From Candidatus Entotheonellaceae bacterium (GTDB lineage Bacteria; Tectomicrobia; Entotheonellia; Entotheonellales; Entotheonellaceae), in contig OZ250173.1 in NCBI GenBank assembly GCA_965238075.1, positions 928,001-992,000 of the forward strand: 64,000 bases of DNA, read 5' to 3'. Both the position numbers and the translations under genes were made by a program. A model generated the notes under the pieces. That model was not told the origin of the DNA. It searched no databases and saw only the letters and a program-made list of their open reading frames with translations. Below, piece after piece: positions 50,684 through 61,850 of the stretch (its first letter is position 1; each line of letters opens with the position of its first letter).

Positions 50684-51319
50684 GTGCAGCACATCCTGAT
50701 TTACGCCGATTCACTCTCGTGGGGCATCATTCCGCTGACGCGCCAGCGGCTGGCGTTTGAAGCGCGCTGGCCGGGGGTGATGGAGACCATTTTGAACGCC
50801 GAAGGCTGCAAGGTGCGGGTGCACGAGGACTGTCTCAACGGACGGCGCACGGTGTGGGAGGACCCGTACAAACCGGGGCGCAACGGCTTGCAGGGGCTGG
50901 CGCAGCGCATTGAAATCCACTCGCCCTTGGCCTTGGTGATCCTGATGCTGGGCACCAACGATTTTCAGTCCATGCACCCGCACAATGCCTGGCACTCGGC
51001 CCAGGGGATTGCGGCCCTGATCACCGCCATTCGCCAAGCCCCCATCGAGCCGGGCATGCCGGTGCCGCCGGTGTTGGTGGCGACACCGCCGCCCATTCGC
51101 ACGCCCCAGGGGCCTATCGCCGGCAAATTCGTGGGCGGTGACGAAAAATGTGCGGGCCTGGCCGGGGCGTACCGTGAGGTTGCCGACAGCCTTGACTGCG
51201 CTTTCTTCGACGCCGCCACCGTGACCACCTCCAGCCAGGTGGACGGCGTTCATCTCGACGCCGACCAGCACGCGACGCTCGGCGAGGCCATGGCCAAGGC
51301 GGCAGACCCGCTGCTCTAG
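50684..51319 (+). CDS. SGNH/GDSL hydrolase
   Basis: YADSLSWG, LNGR, MLGTND, DGVH. Confidence 0.92.
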   Translation: MQHILIYADSLSWGIIPLTRQRLAFEARWPGVMETILNAEGCKVRVHEDCLNGRRTVWEDPYKPGRNGLQGLAQRIEIHSPLALVILMLGTNDFQSMHPHNAWHSAQGIAALITAIRQAPIEPGMPVPPVLVATPPPIRTPQGPIAGKFVGGDEKCAGLAGAYREVADSLDCAFFDAATVTTSSQVDGVHLDADQHATLGEAMAKAADPLL

Positions 51320-51339
51320 TCGCGTGTTGACACCCCAGC

Positions 51340-52875
<1,536 letters not shown>

Positions 52876-52971
52876 GTTGGCGGGTTCCTCGGTTCGGTGC
52901 CGCCCGGCGTCGACCGGAGAGCGGCAGCCGGCGCCGGGTAATCGAATGCGACTTTTTGATTGCGTTAATGG

Positions 52972-52987
52972 AGCAAGTTGTATGCCA
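52972..52987 (-). promoter_or_regulatory. Sigma-54 promoter facing the NifA-like gene
   Basis: Minus strand TGGCAT-ACAAC-TTGCT, canonical -24/-12 spacing. Confidence 0.8.
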
Positions 52988-53100
52988 GCATCCGAAAAAT
53001 CGCGCAACATGTGCTGCGGCCAACGTAAACCCGCGACCCTTGAAGACCCACATACCCAACCACCTGTTCCTGCCAGCGATCAATCAGCGACAAAAAGCCG

Positions 53101-53152
53101 AACATTGTTGTGCCCGGACACAACAATGTTGTCTTTCCGACAAAACTGTCGG
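53101..53152. promoter_or_regulatory. Upstream activator sequence cluster
   Basis: AACATTGTTGTG-N6-CACAACAATGTT perfect inverted repeat; TGT-N10-ACA at 53127-53142; CCGACA-N4-TGTCGG at 53137-53152. Confidence 0.7.
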
Positions 53153-53260
53153 TCATGACTGGCCGGGCCGGCCTCGCACGGTTTCGATTCGACATACGGA
53201 AGCACATAAATCATTGACTCCGCGTCGCTTCAGCGATCCGATGGCCGGACCCGCGCCGGC

Positions 53261-53276
53261 TGGCATAAGAATTGCT
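53261..53276 (+). promoter_or_regulatory. Sigma-54 promoter of amtB
   Basis: TGGCAT-AAGAA-TTGCT, canonical -24/-12 spacing. Confidence 0.88.
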
Positions 53277-53346
53277 CTACCACGGAACAGCCAACTCCGA
53301 GGACGGCATCTCAACCTGACACGATCCACCTGTACAGGAGGTAATC

Positions 53347-54741
53347 ATGTACACCCTACGCGCTCCGAAATGGCTTCCAACCTTGTTGCTTCTCGTCGCG
53401 TTCGCGGTCGCGTTCACGACGGCAGTGGCGCTGGCCCAAGACACCGCACCGGCGCCGGAGGCCACTGAGTCCGTCGCCGCCGAGGCAGCGGCACCGGCCG
53501 AGGACACCGTGTCCATGGGCGTTTTCACGGCCAACAACCTGTGGATGATGCTCTGCACCGGCTTGGTCTTCCTCATGCACCTGGGCTTCGCCACGCTGGA
53601 AAGCGGGCTGACGCAGCAGAAAAACACGGTCAACATCCTGTTCAAGAACACGTTTATCATCTGTTTCGGAATTATCAGTTACGCCTATATCGGCTTTAAC
53701 CTGATGTATCCGGGGGATGGATTTAATGGCTTCCTGGGCTTCGCGGGATTCGGGTTGGGCACCGACGCGGCGGGCGTCACGCAGGCTTACAACGTGGGCT
53801 ACACGTATTGGACGGACTTCCTGTTCCAGGCCATGTTTGCGGCGACCGCGGCTACCATCGTTTCCGGCGCCGTGGCCGAACGCATCAAGCTGAGCTCGTT
53901 CATGATCTTCACGGTGCTATACGTGAGCTTAATATACCCCTGGGCCGGCTCCTGGAAATGGGGCGGCGGTTGGCTGGATGCCATGGGCTTCTACGACTTC
54001 GCCGGTTCCACGCTGGTGCACAGCGTCGGCGGCTGGGCTGCCCTCATCGGCACCATCATGCTGGGCGCCCGGCGCGGCAAATATGTGGGCGACAGGATTC
54101 GCGCCCTCCCCGGCCACAACATGCCGCTGGCCACCATTGGCGTCTTTCTGCTGTGGCTCGGCTGGTTCGGGTTTAACGGCGGCTCCGTCCTGAGCGCCGA
54201 TCCGGCAGCCACCTCGCTGACCCTGATGACCACGTGCATCGCCGCCGCTGCCGGTGGCCTGGGCGCCATGTACACCTCCTGGATTTTCTCCAAGAAGCCG
54301 GACCTGTCCATGGGCTTGAACGGCATTCTGGCCGGACTGGTAGGCATCACCGCCGGCGCCGATCTCATGGGCCTGCACTCGGCCTTCTTCATCGGCTTGA
54401 TCGCCGGTGTGATCGTGTATTTCTCGGTCGTCCTTTTCGACCGCATCCGGGTGGATGATCCGGTGGGCGCCGTGTCCGTCCACCTCGTCTGCGGCATCTG
54501 GGGCACCCTGGCGGTCGGCATCTTCGGCGCCAAGGCCGGTGCCGGACAATTCGTCACGCAGATCATCGGCGTCGTCTCCTACGGCGTTGTCTGCGTGGTC
54601 GCCTCCCTGGTGTTCTTCAGCATTATCAAGTCCGTAATCGGTCTGCGGGTGTCGGAAGAAGAGGAAGTGGAAGGGCTGGATCAAGGCGAGCACGGCATGC
54701 CGGCGTACAGCGATTTCGTTTCCGCCACCAATCCCCGCTAA
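53347..54741 (+). CDS. amtB: Ammonium transporter
   Basis: RBS AGGAGG; FLFQAMFA, IVSGAVAER, DFAGSTLVH, WLGWFGFNGGS, DDPVGAVSVH. Confidence 0.97.
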   Translation: MYTLRAPKWLPTLLLLVAFAVAFTTAVALAQDTAPAPEATESVAAEAAAPAEDTVSMGVFTANNLWMMLCTGLVFLMHLGFATLESGLTQQKNTVNILFKNTFIICFGIISYAYIGFNLMYPGDGFNGFLGFAGFGLGTDAAGVTQAYNVGYTYWTDFLFQAMFAATAATIVSGAVAERIKLSSFMIFTVLYVSLIYPWAGSWKWGGGWLDAMGFYDFAGSTLVHSVGGWAALIGTIMLGARRGKYVGDRIRALPGHNMPLATIGVFLLWLGWFGFNGGSVLSADPAATSLTLMTTCIAAAAGGLGAMYTSWIFSKKPDLSMGLNGILAGLVGITAGADLMGLHSAFFIGLIAGVIVYFSVVLFDRIRVDDPVGAVSVHLVCGIWGTLAVGIFGAKAGAGQFVTQIIGVVSYGVVCVVASLVFFSIIKSVIGLRVSEEEEVEGLDQGEHGMPAYSDFVSATNPR

Positions 54742-54754
54742 AGGGGCCATGATG

Positions 54755-54791
54755 CGTGGCGAGTGGCCGCGGCGCCGGTTCACTCGCCACG
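54755..54791. terminator. Stem-loop between convergent amtB and hisC
   Basis: CGTGGCGAGTG / CACTCGCCACG 11-bp perfect stem; no clear U-tract. Confidence 0.5.
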
Positions 54792-54827
54792 GGTCTTCCG
54801 GTGTCCTTCGTTTGTCCCGTAACCCTC

Positions 54828-55886
54828 TTACAGCAAGGCGCCCAGCGCCTCGACAAAACTGGCCATGTCGTCGTCGGTTCCCACCGTCACGCGCAGGGAG
54901 TCGGCGACCAGCGGAGCGGGGAAGTAGCGCACCAGGATGCGGCGCGCTTCGAGGGCTCGATAGACCTCGGCGGCGCGTCCATCCGGGATGCGTGGAAACA
55001 CGAAGTTGCTCCGTGAAGGCGGTACGTGCAGCCCCATGGCCGTCAACGCCTCCAGGACCTTTGTGCGGGTGTCGACGATGCGGCTCGTCGTCTCACGCAG
55101 CCACGCCTGATCCTGCAGCGCCGCGCAACCGGCCACAATCGCCAGGCGGTCGAGGTTGTACGAATCCTTCACCTTCATCATCTGCGCAATGACTTCCCGC
55201 CGCGCGAAACCCAGCCCCAAGCGCATGCCCGCCAGCGCGTACGATTTCGAGAATGTCCGCACCACGATCAAATTGGGAAACTCGGGCAATAGGTCGATGG
55301 CGCTCTCACCGGCAAAATCGGCGTAGGCTTCATCCAGCACCACCATGCTGTCGCTGCGGGCCAGGAAGTCGCGCAGCGCACCGGCCGGATGCAGCACGCC
55401 GGTAGGGGCGTTGGGATTGACGATGAAAACCAGTTTGGCGCCGCAGGCGTCGAGGCCGTCTGGCAGGGTGTAATCGGGGCCCATGGGGATTTCCCGGTAG
55501 TCGGCATCCTGCAACGCCCCGAGCACTTGGTACAGCGAGTAGCTCGGCGCCGGCGTGACAAGCTTGTCCCCGGCGTCCAGAAAGGTACGGAAAATCATCG
55601 TCAGCACGTCGTCGGAACCGTTACCAACGATGACCTCATCCACCGCGCAGCCGTAGTGTCGGGCGGCCTGCTCGCGCAGCGGCGTGGCCAGCGGATCGCT
55701 GTAAAACCGCAGGTCCGCGTTGACCGCCTGCCGCAGCGCCGCGAGTACGGTGGGCGACGGCGGGTAGGGATTTTCGTTGGTGTTCAGCTTGACGTACTGC
55801 CCTTGCGCGGGCTGCTTGCCCGGAACGTACCCGTGCATCGTCCGAATGCAGCCGCGAACCCGCCCGAGCACCGAGTCAATGTGCAT
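54828..55886 (-). CDS. hisC: Histidinol-phosphate aminotransferase
   Basis: KLNTNENPYPP, GNGSDD, NPNAPTG, DEAY, RTFSKSYALAGMRLG. Confidence 0.95.
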   Translation of the reverse strand: MHIDSVLGRVRGCIRTMHGYVPGKQPAQGQYVKLNTNENPYPPSPTVLAALRQAVNADLRFYSDPLATPLREQAARHYGCAVDEVIVGNGSDDVLTMIFRTFLDAGDKLVTPAPSYSLYQVLGALQDADYREIPMGPDYTLPDGLDACGAKLVFIVNPNAPTGVLHPAGALRDFLARSDSMVVLDEAYADFAGESAIDLLPEFPNLIVVRTFSKSYALAGMRLGLGFARREVIAQMMKVKDSYNLDRLAIVAGCAALQDQAWLRETTSRIVDTRTKVLEALTAMGLHVPPSRSNFVFPRIPDGRAAEVYRALEARRILVRYFPAPLVADSLRVTVGTDDDMASFVEALGALL

Positions 55887-56090
55887 CTGTCTGTCCTCTT
55901 CTATGAAACCGTCCCAAGCCGCACCGGGCCGCCTGCGTTTGCGCTGGCAGCGTGATTTTTCTTGCTGTTCAGGGCGCGGTATTATAGCAAACGTACGGGA
56001 TTGGCATGCTGCCGTATGGCGTCATCATGCGCCCCGCGTCACGATGGCGTCCATGGGCATAGGGACACAAACGGGGAGAAGGGGAAAGAA

Positions 56091-57725
56091 ATGGGGGCGG
56101 TTGACAAAACCGGCTGGGTACTGGGCACGGTCCTGGCCAAGCAAGGGGCGGCCTTGCGCGACAAGCCGTTTGTGCAGTTCCAGGACAACCCGCCCCATAC
56201 CTTTGGCGACATGGACGCGCGGGCCAACCGGGTGGCCAACGGCTTGGCGGCCATGGGTGTGCAGCGCGACGAACGGGTTTTGCTGATGATGCCCAACAGC
56301 ATCGCCTTCCTCGACGCCTGGTTCGGTATCAACCGCCTGGGCGCCTGCATGGTGCCGATCAACACCGCCTACAAGGGCGGCTTCCTCGAACACGTGATCA
56401 ACAACGCCGCCATCCACGGCAGCGCCCGCGTGATGATCATCGGCCGCGAATTCGTGCCCATGCTGCAAGCCAGCGAGGATCGCGTACCGCATCTCGAAAC
56501 CGTTGTCGTCAGGGACGCCGAGGGTTCGGAGATGGACCTGCCGACCTTCTCACGGCTTCGCGCGGTTTCCTTCGGTACGCTGCTCAACGCCCCGGCCACC
56601 CCCGTGAACGTGCCCGTTGCCTACCACGATATCGGCGCCATCATGTACACCTCCGGCACGACCGGCCCGTCCAAAGGCGTGTTGATGCCCCACGCCCACC
56701 TCTACCTATACGGGCACGCCAAGATCGAAGCCATTCGTCTCACGCCGGACGACGTGTATTACTGCTGCATGCCGCTGTTTCACGCCAACGCCCTGCTCAT
56801 GCAGGTGTACAGCGCCCTGATCGTCGGCTGCCGGCTCGTTCTGGCGCGCTCGTTCAGCGCCAGCCGATGGCTCGACGACGTGCGTCGATGCGGGGCAACC
56901 GTCACCAACACCCTCGGCGTGATGACCGAGTTCATCTACCGGCAGCCCGTCCGCGCCGAGGACTGCGACCACCGCTTGCGCGTCGTCGTCGCTGTGCCGA
57001 TCGCCCCGGAATGGGGGGAGGCGTTCCAACAACGCTTCAACACCAAACTGTTGGAGGTCTACGGCATGACCGAGGTGAACATCCCCACCTACATCCCCTA
57101 CGACGAGGGGCTGCGGGCCAATTCTTGCGGCAAGGTGCTGGACGAGTGGTTCGAGATGGCCATCGTCGATCCCGATACGGATGAGAAGTTGCCGCCCGAT
57201 ACGGTGGGCGAGATGGTCGTACGACCCAAGGAACCGTGGACGTTCATGGCCGGCTACCACGCCATGCCGGAAAAAACGGTGGAGGCCTGGCGCAATTTCT
57301 GGTTCCACACCGGAGACGCCGGAACGCGCGACGCGGAAGGCTATTTCTACTTCGTGGATCGCATGAAGGATTGTATTCGTCGGCGGGGAGAGAACATTTC
57401 ATCCTACGAAATCGAGCAGGTTCTGAACGACCACCCCGCCATTGCCGAGTCTGCCGCCGTTGCGGTCAAGTCCAGCGTTGCCGGCGGCGAAGACGAGGTC
57501 AAAGCCTGCGTGCTGCTGCGCCCCGGCGTACAACTCCAGCCGGAGGAATTGCTCGATTACTGCCAGGAACGCATGCCCTACTTCGCGGTGCCACGATATG
57601 TAGAGTTCATCAGCGACATGCCCAAGACACCTACGGAAAAACTGCGCAAACACATCCTGCGAGAGGCGGGCGTCACTCCGGCGACCTGGGACCGCGAGGT
57701 TGCAGGTTACGTCGTGAAGCGGTGA
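56091..57725 (+). CDS. AMP-binding acyl-CoA ligase (CaiC-like)
   Basis: YTSGTTGPSKG, PLFHANA, YGMTE, WFHTGD, IRRRGENISS, PKTPTEK. Confidence 0.93.
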   Translation: MGAVDKTGWVLGTVLAKQGAALRDKPFVQFQDNPPHTFGDMDARANRVANGLAAMGVQRDERVLLMMPNSIAFLDAWFGINRLGACMVPINTAYKGGFLEHVINNAAIHGSARVMIIGREFVPMLQASEDRVPHLETVVVRDAEGSEMDLPTFSRLRAVSFGTLLNAPATPVNVPVAYHDIGAIMYTSGTTGPSKGVLMPHAHLYLYGHAKIEAIRLTPDDVYYCCMPLFHANALLMQVYSALIVGCRLVLARSFSASRWLDDVRRCGATVTNTLGVMTEFIYRQPVRAEDCDHRLRVVVAVPIAPEWGEAFQQRFNTKLLEVYGMTEVNIPTYIPYDEGLRANSCGKVLDEWFEMAIVDPDTDEKLPPDTVGEMVVRPKEPWTFMAGYHAMPEKTVEAWRNFWFHTGDAGTRDAEGYFYFVDRMKDCIRRRGENISSYEIEQVLNDHPAIAESAAVAVKSSVAGGEDEVKACVLLRPGVQLQPEELLDYCQERMPYFAVPRYVEFISDMPKTPTEKLRKHILREAGVTPATWDREVAGYVVKR

Positions 57726-58147
57726 GAGAGAAGGCGTTTGGAGAAGAGGACCCGATCAGAGGCCACGGCCTTCACGATAGCCCTGGCAAAATTGGGGCTC
57801 TCGGGATTCACGACGAGCGTCCGCGCCGGCGGCGACACCAGCACGTCCATATCCTCCATCGGAACCGCCCCCAGGAGCACTTCACCGCCAAGTACCAATG
57901 CGCCGGTCAGGCATTGTCGGTTTTCGAACTTCACCAGGACAGGCCCCACGTAAGGCGCCAGATGCGTCGCCCCGTCGGCAGTCGTCACTTCGCGTTTTTC
58001 CAGTTCTTGCAGTCCGAGTTGAACCGCGACGTGCACCGGGACGCAAAGCAGAAGCGCCCCGGTGTCCACCAGGGAATCGACGGTCATCGGCTTGATTGTC
58101 GGATTTTTTGCATTTGCCAGTTCGATCTTGGCCCTTACCAGTCCCAC
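57707..58147 (-). CDS. Clan AA (retropepsin-like) aspartic protease
   Basis: GLVRAKIEL.N, LVDTGA, VLLGAVPMEDMD. Confidence 0.85.
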   Translation of the reverse strand: MGLVRAKIELANAKNPTIKPMTVDSLVDTGALLLCVPVHVAVQLGLQELEKREVTTADGATHLAPYVGPVLVKFENRQCLTGALVLGGEVLLGAVPMEDMDVLVSPPARTLVVNPESPNFARAIVKAVASDRVLFSKRLLSHRFTT

Positions 58148-58218
58148 CTCTTTCTCCTTTGGCATTCCGCGCAGCAAGCGAATCGACGGGTCTGATTAGA
58201 AGCTCGTCATCCGCCTGC

Positions 58219-60579
58219 CTACTCCGACATCCATGCCGGCAGGTCCTTGGAAAGGTCGGCCAGTTCCAAGTCGGGGATGGCGTTGCGAATGACGTCGTCG
58301 AACTGCTCGGCCAGAAGAAATTCCATCTCGTCACGTACTGCATCGGGAAGTTTGCGCAGGTCCTTGGCATTGGCCTTGGGCAAGATGACGCGCCGGAAGC
58401 CGGCACGGCGCGCCGCCAGGACCTTTTCCTTCACCCCGCCAACGGGCAACACCAGGCCAGCCAGGGTGATCTCGCCAGTCATGGCGGTATCCGAACGCAC
58501 CGGTGTATGGGTCAGCAGCGACGTCAGCGCGGCAGCCACGGCGATGCCCGCCGAAGGGCCGTCCTTGGGGATGGCGCCGGCGGGCACGTGCACGTGCATG
58601 CCGTTGGTCTCAAAGTTTTTGGCCTGAATGTCCAGGCGTCCGGCGGCGGACCACAGAAGATCGCGGGCGATCTCTGCCGATTCCCGCATCACCTCGCCGA
58701 GCTGCCCGGTCAGCGTCAGCCCCTTACCCCCTGGGAGCAACTGCGCCTCGATGTACAACACGTCTCCCCCTGCCGGGGTAACCGCCAGGCCGGCGGCGAC
58801 GCCGGGCGCCAAGTTCTGGCGGGCTTCCTCCAGCAGGTTTGTCTCCGGCCCCAACAGGTCATCTAGATCGTCCACCTCCAGGCTTTCGCGTAACGTCTCC
58901 TGCACGGCCACTTGGCGAGCGATTTTGCGTGCCACCTGGCCGATCATGCGCTCGAGTTGGCGCACCCCGGCCTCGTGCGTGTAATGGTTGATGATGGTCT
59001 GCAGCGCCGCCTCACTCAGCGGTAACTGCTCAGCCGACAGACCGTTTCGCTCCACCTGCCGCGGCAGGAGGTAGCGCCAGGCGATTTCCAGTTTTTCCTC
59101 GGCGCTGTAGCCCGCCAGCGTCATGCTTTCCAGGCGGTCGATGAGCGCCGCGGGTATTGTTTCCAGGGTATTTGCTGTACAGATGAAAAAAACGTTCGAC
59201 AGGTCAAACGGCAGGTCGAGGTAGTGATCTCGGAACGTGTGATTCTGGGCGGGGTCGAGAATCTCCAGCAGGGCTGCCGCCGGGTCGCCGCGAAAATCTC
59301 GCCCGAGCTTGTCGACTTCATCAAGCATCAGAACCGGATTGCGCACCTCTGAGCGCCGGATGGCCTGCAGGATGCGGCCGGGCAGCGAGCCGATGTAGGT
59401 GCGGCGGTGCCCCCGCAGTTCGGCTTCATCGTGCACGCCGCCGAGAGAAAACCGCTCGAAGCGCCGCCCCAGCGCCCGCGCGATGGAGTGCCCCAGGCTG
59501 GTCTTGCCGACGCCCGGTGGTCCCACGAAGCACAGAATCGGGCTGGGGGCTCCCGGCTTGAGCTGCATCACGGCCAAGTGCTCGATGATGCGATCCTTGA
59601 TGTCGTCCAGCCCGAAGTGGTCTTCGTTCAGAATATTCTGGGCGCGTTTCAGGTCGAGCTGATCAACCGTCGCCGCGGTCCACGGCAATTCCAGAGCAAA
59701 CTCGAGGTAGCTGCGCAGCAACTGGTGATCCGGCGCCATCGGCGTCAACCGCTGCAACCGCGACACCTCACGATCGAGCTCCTTGCGCACCTCGTCCGGA
59801 AGTTCCGTCTCCGCCAGGCGTTCACGCAGCACGTCAACGTCGCCTTGGTCCTCATCCTCCCCGAGTTCCTTCTTGATCTGCCTGAGTTGCTGCCGCAACA
59901 CGTACTCCCGCTGTGCCTTGTCGAGCTCCACTTGCGTCTCGCCGGCAATCTTGCGGCGCAGACTGAGGATTTGCACCTCGCGCGACAGGTGTTCCGCAAT
60001 CTGCTCCAACAGGGGCCGCAGGTTGTCCGTCATCAACAACTCGATTTCCTGCTGGGTGTCGATGTTGAGCACGGTGGCAATCAGGTAAGCCAGCTTGACG
60101 GGTTCCACCGTGTTGATGAGCAGGTTCGCCATGTCCTCGGGAATCGTATCCAGGTACTGGACCGCCTGCCGAACCAAGTCCTGGGTGTTGCGGAACAGGG
60201 CGGTCACTTCGGTGGAATTGTCCTCGGGCTCGGCCAGCGGACGCACGGCAACGCGCATGTAGTCGCTGGATTCGACCTCGTGAAGCAGTTCGACACGCTC
60301 GACGCCTTGCAGGACGAGTTGCAGAACGTTTTCGTGACGCTGGATGACGCGCTTGACCACCGCCAGGGTCGCCGTGGAATACAGGTCCGCGAACTCAGGC
60401 GTCTGAGTCTGGGGTTCGCGTTGCACGGCGGCCACCAACCGCTTGTCTTCCGAGGCCAGGGTGGCTTCGGCAGCGGCTACCGACATGGGCCGACCGACAG
60501 CGACGGGTAGCAGGATGTGGGGAAACAGGACGGTGCTTTTGAGAAGCAATACAGGGTATGTGGGGCTCTCATCCGGCAT
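58219..60579 (-). CDS. lon: Endopeptidase La (Lon)
   Basis: GPPGVGKTS, RGHRRTYIG, LDEVDK, PKDGPSAG, GGVKEK. Confidence 0.97.
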   Translation of the reverse strand: MPDESPTYPVLLLKSTVLFPHILLPVAVGRPMSVAAAEATLASEDKRLVAAVQREPQTQTPEFADLYSTATLAVVKRVIQRHENVLQLVLQGVERVELLHEVESSDYMRVAVRPLAEPEDNSTEVTALFRNTQDLVRQAVQYLDTIPEDMANLLINTVEPVKLAYLIATVLNIDTQQEIELLMTDNLRPLLEQIAEHLSREVQILSLRRKIAGETQVELDKAQREYVLRQQLRQIKKELGEDEDQGDVDVLRERLAETELPDEVRKELDREVSRLQRLTPMAPDHQLLRSYLEFALELPWTAATVDQLDLKRAQNILNEDHFGLDDIKDRIIEHLAVMQLKPGAPSPILCFVGPPGVGKTSLGHSIARALGRRFERFSLGGVHDEAELRGHRRTYIGSLPGRILQAIRRSEVRNPVLMLDEVDKLGRDFRGDPAAALLEILDPAQNHTFRDHYLDLPFDLSNVFFICTANTLETIPAALIDRLESMTLAGYSAEEKLEIAWRYLLPRQVERNGLSAEQLPLSEAALQTIINHYTHEAGVRQLERMIGQVARKIARQVAVQETLRESLEVDDLDDLLGPETNLLEEARQNLAPGVAAGLAVTPAGGDVLYIEAQLLPGGKGLTLTGQLGEVMRESAEIARDLLWSAAGRLDIQAKNFETNGMHVHVPAGAIPKDGPSAGIAVAAALTSLLTHTPVRSDTAMTGEITLAGLVLPVGGVKEKVLAARRAGFRRVILPKANAKDLRKLPDAVRDEMEFLLAEQFDDVIRNAIPDLELADLSKDLPAWMSE

Positions 60580-60673
60580 GCGTGGGTTCTCCCTGAATGC
60601 AGTCACGAATATCAGCGATGCATACGGAGAATAACCCGTCAGTGCGGCCTCCGCATCCCGAATCACTGCACTG

Positions 60674-61768
60674 CTACCAATACAGGAGCGACGCACCCCA
60701 GTTGAAGCCGGTTCCAAAGGCGGCCAGCAGGCACAGGTCGCCGCGTTGGATGCGGCCCTCCTGCAGGGTTTCGTGGAGCAGAATCGGCACGGAAGCGGCA
60801 GAGGTGTTGCCATACTTGCGGATGTTGGTATAGGCCTTTTCAGAGGGAATGCCGAGGCTATCGGCGATGGCGTCGATGATGCGCTGGTTGGCTTGGTGAA
60901 ACAGGAAATGATCAACCTCATCGAGCTGCATCTTGTTGGCTTCCAGGCATTCGCGGATGACCTCCCGGAAGCGCCGCACGGCCTGCGCGAATACAACCCG
61001 CCCCGCCATGCGCGGTCGGGCGCGGTCGGTATCAATGCGGGCCTTGGCCGCGGGCGGGAACGTCGAACTGCCGAAGGTGTCGGCATACAGCTTGTCGAGC
61101 AGCGTGCCGTCGGTGTGTAGATGGTGCGACAACAGGCCGCTGGGCTCGTCGTCCTCGGCCGGCACCAAGATGGCCGCCCCGGCGCCGTCGGCAAACAGCA
61201 CGGACATGTCACGACCGCGGTCGCTGTACTCGAAAAGCGACGACAGCACCTCGGCGCCCAGCACGAGCACCGTGTCATACATGCCGGTCTTGATGTACTG
61301 GTCCGCCATGGACAGCGCATAGACAAACCCGGCGCAGCCCTGGTTGAGGCTGAACGTCGGCGTCGAGGTGAGGCCCAGCTTGTCGGCCAGCACACAGGCG
61401 CTGCCTGGGAAGACGTAATCCGACATCACACTGGTCTGGATGATCAGGTCGAGGTCCTGCGGCTTCATGTTGGCTTGCCGGAGGGCAACCTGAGTGGCGT
61501 TGAAGGCGAGGTCCGCGGTGGACATTTGCGCGCCGATCTTGCCGTCGATGCCGGTGTCGTACAGGGTTTGCAGGTACGCCTCCTTGTCAGGAGCGGCGGC
61601 CAATTGCGTCAGCATCCGGTACGTATCGGGGATGACTCGGCGCTCCTTGATGCCGCTGCGCTGGGTGATCCATTCGTCGCTGGTGTCCATGACCTGAGCG
61701 AGGAGGTCGTTGGTTACCACGTCGTCCGGCACATACATGCCCGTGGCTAGAATCTTGGCCCTGCGCAT
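60674..61768 (-). CDS. fabH: Beta-ketoacyl-ACP synthase III
   Basis: DTSDEWI.QRSGI.ERR, GCAGF, FHQAN, YGNTSAAS, AFGTG. Confidence 0.9.
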   Translation of the reverse strand: MRRAKILATGMYVPDDVVTNDLLAQVMDTSDEWITQRSGIKERRVIPDTYRMLTQLAAAPDKEAYLQTLYDTGIDGKIGAQMSTADLAFNATQVALRQANMKPQDLDLIIQTSVMSDYVFPGSACVLADKLGLTSTPTFSLNQGCAGFVYALSMADQYIKTGMYDTVLVLGAEVLSSLFEYSDRGRDMSVLFADGAGAAILVPAEDDEPSGLLSHHLHTDGTLLDKLYADTFGSSTFPPAAKARIDTDRARPRMAGRVVFAQAVRRFREVIRECLEANKMQLDEVDHFLFHQANQRIIDAIADSLGIPSEKAYTNIRKYGNTSAASVPILLHETLQEGRIQRGDLCLLAAFGTGFNWGASLLYW

Positions 61769-61850
61769 CGTTTCCCTTCCTTTAGTGGTTAGTGGATGGT
61801 TCTGCCTTTGCTCTTCACCCCCCACTAACGACGGACCACTGGGTTTTAAC

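Noticed and set aside
58219-61395. 1058-aa ORF suggesting an N-terminally extended Lon
   Set aside because: The extension is an off-frame reading of fabH; Lon similarity starts at 60579
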